Source of the DNA: Rhizobiaceae bacterium
GTDB lineage: Bacteria; Pseudomonadota; Alphaproteobacteria; Rhizobiales; Rhizobiaceae
Direction: 5' to 3'
Length of the DNA: 38,819 nt
Assembly (NCBI GenBank): GCA_051959695.1
Contig: JBQCFA010000501.1
Coordinates: 1 to 38,819 of the forward strand
Shown: positions 27,655-35,392 of the stretch, in pieces
How the letters are laid out: every line of letters begins with the position of its first letter
How positions within the stretch are numbered: position 1 is the first letter of the stretch
The notes under the pieces: generated by a model
The model's database searches: none
What the model was told of the DNA's origin: nothing
Seen by the model: only the letters and a program-made list of their open reading frames with translations
Translations under genes and position numbers: made by a program

Positions 27655-28490
27655 GCACTGTGGCGGAAGCGGCGGTGCCGGGGCGCGCGGCGGACTGGTA
27701 TTGGATTCCGCGCGCGATCCTGTTCGGCCTGCTTGCCTTCGTCATCTTCGGGCCGCTGGTCAACCTGCTTTTATGGACGGTGACGGAGAAATGGTACTTT
27801 CCGCACGCCCTGCCGCTGCAATACGGATTTTCGTACTGGGCGAGGGTCTTCTCGCCGCGCGGCAACGCCATGGCCTCGCTCGGCACCAGCGCGCTGGTCG
27901 CCTGCCTGACGGTGTTTTTATCGCTCCTTCTGGCGATACCCGCCGGCTACGCGCTGGCGCGGCTCAAGCTGCCCGTCCGCGGCCTGATCCTGCTCGCGCT
28001 CCTGGTGCCGAACGCCTTTCCTAACCTGCCGATCTACGTCAACATCGCCCGGCTCTTCTATCAGATCGGGCTGAACGGCACGATCCTCGGCGTGGTGCTG
28101 GTGCACACCACGCACGGGCTGGTCTACGCCGTCTGGATCGCCACCGCCGCCTTCGGCGCCATAGAGCCCGAACTGGAGGAGGCGGCGCGCTCCTCGGGCG
28201 CCAGCGCCTTTCGCGCCTTTCGCGACGTGATGTTGCCGCTCGCGGCGCCCGGCCTGATGGCAAGCGCCATCTTCGTCTTCCTAGAGTCGCTCGACGAGTT
28301 TACCGGTACCTTCTTCGTCGGCGCCCCGGACGTTACGACGCTGCCGCTCCTCCTCTACACTTCGGCGGCGGGTGGTAACTACCAGATCGCCTCGATCACC
28401 GCGTTGATCCTGCTGGTGCCGTCGATCGCCTTCATGTTCGTGGTGGAGCGTTTCCTTCGCGCCGACGTTCTCGCCAATATCGGCAAGTAA
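27651..28490 (+). CDS. ABC importer permease (PotC-like)
   Basis: 'LEEAARSSGAS', 'SLDEF', 'TLPL'; ATGA overlap with the previous gene. Confidence 0.9.
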   Translation: MSTVAEAAVPGRAADWYWIPRAILFGLLAFVIFGPLVNLLLWTVTEKWYFPHALPLQYGFSYWARVFSPRGNAMASLGTSALVACLTVFLSLLLAIPAGYALARLKLPVRGLILLALLVPNAFPNLPIYVNIARLFYQIGLNGTILGVVLVHTTHGLVYAVWIATAAFGAIEPELEEAARSSGASAFRAFRDVMLPLAAPGLMASAIFVFLESLDEFTGTFFVGAPDVTTLPLLLYTSAAGGNYQIASITALILLVPSIAFMFVVERFLRADVLANIGK

Positions 28491-28507
28491 ACGTAGTGAG
28501 GTGAAGG

Positions 28508-29032
28508 ATGGCTCCGGGCGTGCATTCGGTATGGTTGATGCCGGTGGCCGGCGATGCGGATATTCTCCAGCGCATGGTCGGCGATTTCGCCGGCCGCTTC
28601 GGCTCGCCGACTTTCCAGCCGCACCTGACCCTGGTGGAGGACATGGAAAGGAGTGTCGACGATCTCGCGCCGCTGGTCGGACGGGTCGCCGGCGGGATCG
28701 CATCTTTCGAGGCCAGCGTGGCGGGGATCGGCGTCAGCGATCTTTTCTTCCGCTCCTTCTATGCTCGCTTCGCCGCCGAGGGGCCGCTTCTCGAACTGAA
28801 GCGCCGGGCAATTGAGATTATCCTGCCCGGCGACATCGCCGAATACATGCCCCACATCTCGCTCGCTTACGGCGTTGCCGAGACGCTGGAGAAACGCGAC
28901 GCGGTTGTCGAGGCGGAGAATCTTCTGCTCGGCAAGCCGGTCCGTTTCGATCGCGTCTGCGTCGTCGCCTCCGGCAAGGAGCTTCCGATCGAAAGTTGGG
29001 CGATCCAAGCGGAAATTCGGCTTTCGGCGTGA
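28508..29032 (+). CDS. 2H phosphoesterase, cyclic phosphodiesterase (CPDase)-like
   Basis: Two catalytic HxT/S motifs, 'FQPHLTL' and 'YMPHISLAYG', about 79 aa apart; N-terminal 'HSVWLMP' as in plant/fungal CPDases; no signal peptide. Confidence 0.82.
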   Translation: MAPGVHSVWLMPVAGDADILQRMVGDFAGRFGSPTFQPHLTLVEDMERSVDDLAPLVGRVAGGIASFEASVAGIGVSDLFFRSFYARFAAEGPLLELKRRAIEIILPGDIAEYMPHISLAYGVAETLEKRDAVVEAENLLLGKPVRFDRVCVVASGKELPIESWAIQAEIRLSA

Positions 29033-29118
29033 ACGGGCCGGGAGCATCGTTCTTCTCCGCGCGGTGGTAGCCGGGCCCGGATTGACGCTCCGGTAACGTC
29101 CCGCATGGTATGCGCTAC

Positions 29119-29141
29119 CTTGACAAGCAAGAGCCGGGCCA
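29119..29141. promoter_or_regulatory. rpoN promoter -35 with an adjacent inverted sigma54 (-24/-12) site
   Basis: Plus strand CTTGACA at 29119-29125; minus strand TGGCCC-GGCTC-TTGCT at 29141-29126 fits TGGCAC-N5-TTGCW. Confidence 0.7.
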
Positions 29142-29210
29142 GTTTTGTTGCCGGCGAAAAAATAGCCGGCAACCGCCCGGCGACGCAAGGGATGCGCAGG
29201 CAAGGCGACG

Positions 29211-30722
29211 ATGGGGCTTTCGGCCAGGCTGCAGTTACGGCAGTCGCAATCGCTGGTGATGACACCGCAGCTGATGCAGTCGATCAAGCTGCTTCAGTTC
29301 AGCCATGCCGAGCTCGAGAAATTCATCGATGAGGCGATCGAGCGCAACCCGTTGATCGAGCGCGGTGGCGACGACGGCGAGGAAAGGGGCTCAAACGAGG
29401 CGGACGGCGACGGCGCCTACGCGGCCGAAGGCGGTTCCGAACCGGAATGGAGCGCCGCCGCCATTTCCGACCGGCTCGACGCCTCGCTGGAGAATGTATT
29501 CCCCGACGATCCAGGCGTTCGCGAGAAGGTAGGGCCGGACCTGGCGGCGCAGTGGAAATCCGCGTATGGCGCGGGAGGAAGCTCCGTCGACGGCGATGGG
29601 TTCGACCTTGAGGAAGTGGCGGCCGCGCCGGTGACGCTGCGCGATCACGTGCGTGAGCAGATAGCCTTCGCCTTCACCGATCCCGTCCTGAGGACGGTTG
29701 CGTTGGAACTGGCCGACGCCCTCGACGAGGCCGGCTATCTTCGCGCCGACCTGCAGGAGATCGCCGGACGGCTCGCCGTCGGCGAGGAGACGATCGCGGA
29801 AGTGCTGTCCACCTGCCGCACATTTGATCCGCCCGGAATCTTCGCCCGCGACCTGGCGGAGTGTCTGGCGCAACAGCTCCGCGCGCGCGATCGGCTCGAT
29901 CCGGCGATGTCGGCGCTCTTGCGCAATCTGGAGCTGCTGGCACGCCGCGATTTTCCGGTGCTGACGCGGCTTTGCGGGGTGGGCCAGGAGGATCTGCTCG
30001 ACATGCTGGCGGAGATCCGCGCCCTCGATCCGAAACCGGGCATGGCCTTCACAGGCGGCACCGCCGACGTGGTCGTCCCGGACGTCCTCGTACGGCCGGC
30101 ACCGGACGGAAGCTGGCAGGTGGAACTCAATCCTGACACATTGCCGCGCGTCCTCCTCGACAACGCCTACTACGCGCGGGTCAGTTCGGTCGCCAAGGAT
30201 CGTAGCGAGAAGGAATTCCTGGCGGAATGCCTGCAGAACGCCACCTGGCTGAAGCGCAGCCTCGACCAGCGCGCTCGGACGATTCTCAAGGTGGCGTCCG
30301 AAATCGTGCGCCAGCAGGACGCCTTTCTCGTCCATGGCGTGCGCCATCTGCGTCCGCTCAACATGAAGAGCGTCGCGGACGCCATCGCCATGCATGAATC
30401 GACCGTCAGCCGGGTCGCCGCCAACAAATACATGCTGACCCCGCGCGGCGTCTTCGAGTTGCGCTATTTCTTCACCTCGGCGATTGCCGGCGCCGGGACC
30501 GAGGACGCGCACTCTTCCGAAGCCGTCCGCGACCGCATACGCCAGCTTATAGAGCGGGAAGAGCCAGCCGACGTGCTTTCCGACGATTCGATTGTGGATA
30601 AGCTCAAGGAAAGCGGTGTCGACATCGCCCGAAGGACCGTTGCCAAGTATCGGGAAGGAATGAACATTCCTTCTTCCGTGCGACGGCGGCGCGAAAAGAA
30701 GGCGCTCGCCGCGCTTGGCTGA
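29211..30722 (+). CDS. rpoN: RNA polymerase sigma-54 factor
   Basis: Region I 'QSQSLVMTPQLMQSIKLLQ', HTH 'MHESTVSRV', RpoN box 'ARRTVAKYRE'. Confidence 0.97.
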   Translation: MGLSARLQLRQSQSLVMTPQLMQSIKLLQFSHAELEKFIDEAIERNPLIERGGDDGEERGSNEADGDGAYAAEGGSEPEWSAAAISDRLDASLENVFPDDPGVREKVGPDLAAQWKSAYGAGGSSVDGDGFDLEEVAAAPVTLRDHVREQIAFAFTDPVLRTVALELADALDEAGYLRADLQEIAGRLAVGEETIAEVLSTCRTFDPPGIFARDLAECLAQQLRARDRLDPAMSALLRNLELLARRDFPVLTRLCGVGQEDLLDMLAEIRALDPKPGMAFTGGTADVVVPDVLVRPAPDGSWQVELNPDTLPRVLLDNAYYARVSSVAKDRSEKEFLAECLQNATWLKRSLDQRARTILKVASEIVRQQDAFLVHGVRHLRPLNMKSVADAIAMHESTVSRVAANKYMLTPRGVFELRYFFTSAIAGAGTEDAHSSEAVRDRIRQLIEREEPADVLSDDSIVDKLKESGVDIARRTVAKYREGMNIPSSVRRRREKKALAALG

Positions 30723-30761
30723 CCGGGCTCATTGTCGCCGTTGGAAAGCGCCGGGGTTCGG

Positions 30762-30790
30762 TTGACATACCCGCCCATTCCCACTAGTAG
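30762..30790 (+). promoter_or_regulatory. Near-consensus sigma70-type promoter in the rpoN-hpf spacer
   Basis: TTGACA-N17-TAGTAG followed by a GC-rich discriminator GCCGCCC. Confidence 0.65.
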
Positions 30791-30936
30791 GCCGCCCGCA
30801 AGAGGCGGGGGTAGTGCCGTAGAGCTTGCCGCAGGCAGGTAATCGGAGCTTTTGTCCCGCGACGATCCGGCGAAAGGCCGGCGTCGGAGGCCGCCGCCTG
30901 CCGGAATGCGGCGAATGTTGAAAAAATCATGTTCAA

Positions 30937-30949
30937 AATCAAAAACTTG
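30937..30949 (+). promoter_or_regulatory. IHF-binding consensus site
   Basis: AATCAA-AAAC-TTG matches WATCAA-N4-TTR exactly and is preceded by an A-tract (30921-30926) in an otherwise GC-rich region. Confidence 0.55.
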
Positions 30950-31074
30950 AAGTGCAGTGCCGCGCGATGCCGCCTATCTTTCCACCGTGCCGCGTCGGCG
31001 TCGGCCAACCTTGTGCGCATCGACCATGGGTATAAACTCCGCCCGTCGGGTCAAAACGAAAGGTCGGATTTCCG

Positions 31075-31653
31075 ATGAATCTGCGCATATCTGGCAAGCA
31101 CATGGACATAGGCGAGGCGTTCCGCACCCGTATCGAGGGCCGCATCGGGGAAGCCGTGGACAAATATTTCGACGGCAGCTATTCGGGCAGCGTGACGGTC
31201 GAGAAATCGGGCTCGCGCTTTTCCGCCGACTGCATGATCCATCTCGATACCGGCATGGCGCTTCAGGCGGCGGGCGAGGCGCAGGAGCCGACCTCGGCGT
31301 TCGATGCCGCGGCCGAGCGCATTGAAAAACGGCTAAGGCGCTACAAGCGACGGCTGAAGTCGCACAAGGCGAGCCCCTCGGAGCCGGACATCATGGCGGC
31401 CTACCGCGTCATGGAGCCACTCGCGGACGACGATGAGGAGATACCCGACGATTATGCACCGGCGGTCGTGGCCGAATCGACCGTGTCGCTGCGCACCATG
31501 ACGGTCGCCTCTGCCGTCATCGAACTCGATTCGCGCGACAGCCCCGTATTCGTGTTCCGGCAGGCGGGAAGCGGCGAGGTCAATATCGTTTATCGCCGGG
31601 ACGATGGGAACATCGGCTGGATTGATCCGGCGAGCATCTCCGGCAACGGCTAG
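31075..31653 (+). CDS. hpf: Ribosome hibernation promoting factor (long HPF / sigma54 modulation protein)
   Basis: 'LRISGKHMDIGEA', 'EKRLRRYKRRLK', C-terminal 'NIVYRRDDGNIGWIDP'. Confidence 0.94.
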   Translation: MNLRISGKHMDIGEAFRTRIEGRIGEAVDKYFDGSYSGSVTVEKSGSRFSADCMIHLDTGMALQAAGEAQEPTSAFDAAAERIEKRLRRYKRRLKSHKASPSEPDIMAAYRVMEPLADDDEEIPDDYAPAVVAESTVSLRTMTVASAVIELDSRDSPVFVFRQAGSGEVNIVYRRDDGNIGWIDPASISGNG

Positions 31654-31723
31654 AAGACAACCTGCCGGACAGACGGACGAACGGCGGGGCAAAAGACGAA
31701 GTCCACACAAGGGACACGGACAA

Positions 31724-32188
31724 ATGGATCTGAACGATCTGATCGAGGTTCCGGCGATCATGCCGGCCTTGAAGGCGAATTCGAAGAAGCAGGTGCTGCA
31801 GCTTCTGGCCGAAAAGGCGGCGCGGATCACCGGCCTGCCGGAGCGCGAAATCTTCGATACGGTCCTGCGTCGCGAGAAGCTTGGCTCGACGGGCGTCGGC
31901 AACGGCATCGCCATACCGCACGGCAAGATTTCCGGCGTCCGCCGCATCACCGGCGTATTTGCCCGCCTGGAGCAGCCGGTGGACTTCGATTCGCTTGATG
32001 ACGAACCCGTCGACCTGGTTTTCCTGCTGCTCGCGCCGGAAGGGGCCGGCGCCGACCACCTGAAGGCGCTGTCGCGTATCGCGCGTGTCCTGCGCGATAC
32101 CGGCACGGTCGACAAGATCCGCGGCACGTCCGACGCCGCGGCGATTCATGCCTTTCTTTCCCAGACGCCGGCCTCGCACGCGGCCTGA
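31724..32188 (+). CDS. ptsN: PTS IIA-like nitrogen regulatory protein
   Basis: 'REKLGSTGVGNGIAIPH' with the phospho-His, 'HLKALSRIAR'; follows rpoN-hpf. Confidence 0.95.
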   Translation: MDLNDLIEVPAIMPALKANSKKQVLQLLAEKAARITGLPEREIFDTVLRREKLGSTGVGNGIAIPHGKISGVRRITGVFARLEQPVDFDSLDDEPVDLVFLLLAPEGAGADHLKALSRIARVLRDTGTVDKIRGTSDAAAIHAFLSQTPASHAA

Positions 32189-32214
32189 CGGCTTTCGCCT
32201 TACTCCAACGCGGA

Positions 32215-32246
32215 ACGGGCGACCCTTGGGCCGCCCGTCATTGTTT
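32215..32246. terminator. Probable terminator between convergent ptsN and DUF1150 genes
   Basis: ACGGGCG-acccttgggc-CGCCCGT followed by cattgttt. Confidence 0.55.
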
Positions 32247-32265
32247 ATGGATCAGGTCTTCCGCC

Positions 32266-32541
32266 TCAGTGCAGGCTGACCGGCGTCAGGTCGTTTTCGA
32301 TCGCTCCGGCAAGCGCTGCCGCGCGCGCATCCGTCAGCAGGATCGGCTGGCCGTTCGCCGCGAAAAGCGCCCACAATCGGGTTCCCGGCTTGAGCGTCGG
32401 CATATTGGGGAAACGGCCCATCAATTCTTCCGCGCCGATCTCGCGCATATAGGCCACCACGCCTTCGCCGAGATGGGCGAATTGGGCTTCGGTCAGGGCG
32501 TCTGTCTCAAGAGCGGTGTTGTTTTCCATGTTCTCGGTCAT
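32266..32541 (-). CDS. DUF1150 family protein
   Basis: 'FAHLGEGVVAYMR', 'LWALFAANGQPILL', C-terminal 'VSLH'; RBS AAGGAGG; downstream of hsp20. Confidence 0.85.
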   Translation of the reverse strand: MTENMENNTALETDALTEAQFAHLGEGVVAYMREIGAEELMGRFPNMPTLKPGTRLWALFAANGQPILLTDARAAALAGAIENDLTPVSLH

Positions 32542-32601
32542 TTCAGCCTCCTTTCGCGAACCCTCCCGATGAAGCGGTCCGCACAGAGCTATCGGTGAAG
32601 A

Positions 32602-33027
32602 TCAGTCTTTCACCGAAATATTGATTTTCCGTACCAGCCGCTGTGGTTCGGGCCGGTCGAGGTCTATCGCCAGAAGCCCGTTCTTGAGCTCCGCCGATGT
32701 CACTTTCATCCCGTCGGCGAGCACGAAAGCCCGCACGAACTGGCGCGCCGCGATGCCGCGGTGCAGATATTCGCGCTCGCCCTCGTCTTCTTGCCTGCCG
32801 CGGATGACGAGCTGGTTCTCTTCCGTCGTGACGTCAAGGTCGCTTTCCTTGAAACCGGCAACGGCAAGCGTGATGCGCAGCCGCATCGCCTCCGAATCCG
32901 GATCGCGCAGTTTTTCGATATTGTAGGGCGGATAGCCGTCGCCCGATTTCGCCAGGCGTTCCAGCGTTTTTTCCATCGCGTCGAAGCCCAGCATCAGCGG
33001 GCTCGAAAAAGGCGTCATTCGCGTCAT
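32602..33027 (-). CDS. Small heat-shock protein (Hsp20, IbpA-like class A)
   Basis: 'GYPPYNIE', 'LAVAGF', 'YLHRGIAARQF', 'NGLL', C-terminal 'INI' motif. Confidence 0.93.
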   Translation of the reverse strand: MTRMTPFSSPLMLGFDAMEKTLERLAKSGDGYPPYNIEKLRDPDSEAMRLRITLAVAGFKESDLDVTTEENQLVIRGRQEDEGEREYLHRGIAARQFVRAFVLADGMKVTSAELKNGLLAIDLDRPEPQRLVRKINISVKD

Positions 33028-33088
33028 TTTTCCTGTCCTCGTAGAGCGACGTGGAAACGGAAAAACCCGGATGGCATCTTTCCGTACC
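33028..33088 (-). promoter_or_regulatory. ROSE-type RNA thermometer in the hsp20 5' UTR
   Basis: Minus strand has a 5' hairpin ACGGAAAGA...UUUUUCCGU, then GUCGCUC-UAC-GAGGAC (33050-33035), in which UCGCU pairs with the AGGA Shine-Dalgarno around a bulged G. Confidence 0.72.
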
Positions 33089-33094
33089 GTGCTG

Positions 33095-33123
33095 ATATGG
33101 TCCGCGCCGCGAATGAATTCAAG
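33095..33123 (-). promoter_or_regulatory. RpoH (sigma32) promoter of hsp20
   Basis: Minus strand CTTGAA-N17-CCATAT. Confidence 0.72.
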
Positions 33124-33145
33124 TCGGTAGAAGCAAGGGAAGAAT

Positions 33146-34087
33146 ATGGCCGGGGCACGCAAGATCATCATCGACACCGATCCGGGCCAGGACGACGCCG
33201 TCGCCATTCTGCTGGCGCTTTCAAGCCCGGAGATCGAAGTGGTTGGCATCACCGCTGTTGCCGGCAACGTGCCGCTCGAACTCACCGAGAAGAACGCCCT
33301 GAAGATCTGCGAACTGGCGGGAAAGAAGGAGACGAGAGTCTATTCCGGCGCCGTCCGGCCGCTCGTGCGCCCATTGGTCACCGCCGAGCACGTGCACGGC
33401 AAGACGGGTCTCGACGGGCCGGACCTGCCGGAGCCGCAAATGAAGCTCCAGGAGCAGTACGCCGTCGATTTTCTCGTCGAGACGCTGATGCGCGAGGAAC
33501 CGGGCTCGATCACCCTGTGCCCGCTCGGCCCGCTCACCAACATAGCTCTGGCGCTGATCCGCGAGCCCAGGATCGCCCCGCGCATCCGCGAGGTCGTCCT
33601 GATGGGCGGCGCCTATTTCGAGGTCGGCAACATCACGCCGACCGCGGAGTTCAACATCTATGTCGACCCGCACGCCGCCGATGTGGTGTTCCGTTCCGGC
33701 GTGCCGATCGTCATGATGCCTCTAGACGTCACCCACAAGGCGCTGACCTCGAAGGCGCGCGTGGCGGCGTTCCGCGCGCTGGGCAACCCCGCCGGTCCGG
33801 CGGTCGCCGAGATGCTCGGCTTCTCCGAGCGCTTCGACAAGGAAAAGTATTCCGGCGACGGCGCACCCCTGCACGACCCTTGCGTGATCGCCTATCTCAT
33901 CCGGCCCGAACTCTTCGCCGGCAGGAAATGCAATGTGGAGATCGAGACAGGATCCCCACTCACCATGGGCATGTCGGTGATCGACTGGTGGGGTGTCACC
34001 GACCGCGGGAAGAACGCCATGGTCATGCGCGACATCGACCATGAGGCATTTTTCGCGCTGCTGGTCAGTCGCATCGGCCAGCTTTGA
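33146..34087 (+). CDS. Inosine/uridine-preferring nucleoside hydrolase
   Basis: 'IIDTDPGQDDA', 'VHGKTGL', 'GPLTN', 'AEFNIYVDP', 'LHDP'. Confidence 0.94.
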   Translation: MAGARKIIIDTDPGQDDAVAILLALSSPEIEVVGITAVAGNVPLELTEKNALKICELAGKKETRVYSGAVRPLVRPLVTAEHVHGKTGLDGPDLPEPQMKLQEQYAVDFLVETLMREEPGSITLCPLGPLTNIALALIREPRIAPRIREVVLMGGAYFEVGNITPTAEFNIYVDPHAADVVFRSGVPIVMMPLDVTHKALTSKARVAAFRALGNPAGPAVAEMLGFSERFDKEKYSGDGAPLHDPCVIAYLIRPELFAGRKCNVEIETGSPLTMGMSVIDWWGVTDRGKNAMVMRDIDHEAFFALLVSRIGQL

Positions 34088-34204
34088 CATTATCGTGTCC
34101 GGATAGGTGACTTTCCCTTTCGACCGCTCTGTTGTAGGTAGCGTCGGCGACGGATGAAGCGGGGGGCATTCGGACGCCCCCAGACAGCTTCACCGGGTTG
34201 ACGC

Positions 34205-35392
34205 ATGAAACTTCCAAAGCTCGTGCCTGCGGTCCTCATCGGCCTGGCGTTGCTGGCCGTCGCCGGCTGCACGGAATCGCAGAGTTCAGCCACGCCGGCG
34301 CCGCCTCCGCCCACAGCCGTAAGCGTTGTCGCGGTGAAACCTGAACCGATGCCGATCGTCAGTGACCTGCCCGGTCGGATCGCGCCGACCCGTATTGCCG
34401 AGGTGCGGCCCCAGGTCACCGGCATCGTCCTCAAGAGGGTCTTCGAACAGGGAAGTCTCGTCAAGGAGGGCGACGTTCTCTACAAGATCGATCCGGCATC
34501 CTTCCGTGTCCAGGTGGAGAGCGCGCAAGCCACATTGCAGCGGGCGGTGGCGGCGCAGAATCTGGCGCGCCAGCAGGCCGATCGTCAAAAGGAACTCAGC
34601 CAGCGCAAGATTTCGAGCCTGCAGGACCTGGACAGCGCACTCGCGCAACTCGCCCAGGCGGATGCCGACGTTGCATCGGCGCATGCCGGCCTCGATGCTG
34701 CCAAGCTCAATCTGCAATATTCCGACGTCAGGGCGCCCATCAGCGGGCGCATAGGTCGCGCGCTCATCACCGAGGGCGCGCTCGTCAGCGCCAACGGCAG
34801 CGAGAACCTCGCCACCATACAGCAACTCGATCCCGTTTATGCTGATTTCACACAGCCATCCGCCGAGATGCGACGGTTGCGCCAGGCCCTGAAGGACGGT
34901 CTTCTGAAGAGTCCGGCGGCCGGACAGGCTTCCGTGAAGCTTCTCTTCGACGACGGCAGCGAATATCCGCATCCCGGGAGGCTGCTGTTTTCCGAATCCA
35001 CCGTGGACGAGACCACGGGCCAGATCACGATGCGCGCCGAGTTCCCGAACGCCGACGGCGATCTTCTGCCGGGCATGTATGTGCGCGTTCTGATCGAACA
35101 GGCGGTCGACCAGGCGGCGCTCACCGTGCCGGTGCAGGCCGTCCAGCACGACAGCGGCGGCAAGGCGCAGCTCTATGTCGTCAACGACGACAATGTCGTG
35201 GATTTGCGCACCGTCAAAACCGGCCGCACGAGCGGCCAGCGGATTGTGATCGCAAGCGGCTTGAAAAGCGGCGAGAAAATTGTCGTCGAGGGATTCCAGA
35301 AGATCCATTCTGGCGCGACGGTTAAACCGGAGGAATGGAAGCCCGCGGAAAACAAGCTGTCCAGCACTCAAAACAAGGCCGACGCGGGGTAG
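34205..35392 (+). CDS. RND efflux periplasmic adaptor (AcrA/MexA-like lipoprotein)
   Basis: Lipobox VAGC, 'AEVRPQVTG', 'APISGRIG', 'VDETTG', 'LLPGMYV'. Confidence 0.93.
   Translation: MKLPKLVPAVLIGLALLAVAGCTESQSSATPAPPPPTAVSVVAVKPEPMPIVSDLPGRIAPTRIAEVRPQVTGIVLKRVFEQGSLVKEGDVLYKIDPASFRVQVESAQATLQRAVAAQNLARQQADRQKELSQRKISSLQDLDSALAQLAQADADVASAHAGLDAAKLNLQYSDVRAPISGRIGRALITEGALVSANGSENLATIQQLDPVYADFTQPSAEMRRLRQALKDGLLKSPAAGQASVKLLFDDGSEYPHPGRLLFSESTVDETTGQITMRAEFPNADGDLLPGMYVRVLIEQAVDQAALTVPVQAVQHDSGGKAQLYVVNDDNVVDLRTVKTGRTSGQRIVIASGLKSGEKIVVEGFQKIHSGATVKPEEWKPAENKLSSTQNKADAG

Noticed and set aside
28508-29032. 2H protein as an anti-defence (Acb1-like) or RNA-repair enzyme
   Set aside because: No phage, CBASS or rtc context; it is the last gene of a LacI-regulated importer operon, which favours a metabolic role.
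30946-30979. RpoH-like CTTGAA ... CCTATCT in the rpoN-hpf spacer
   Set aside because: The spacer is 21 nt, too long for the 15-17 nt consensus.
31002-31016. Possible sigma54 promoter (GG-N10-GC) for hpf downstream of the IHF site
   Set aside because: CGGCCAACCTTGTGC matches only the two dinucleotides and fits TGGCAC-N5-TTGC poorly; such matches are frequent by chance in GC-rich DNA.
30784-31020. 78-aa minus-strand ORF in the rpoN-hpf spacer
   Set aside because: No RBS, atypical composition, and antisense to clear plus-strand promoter signals.
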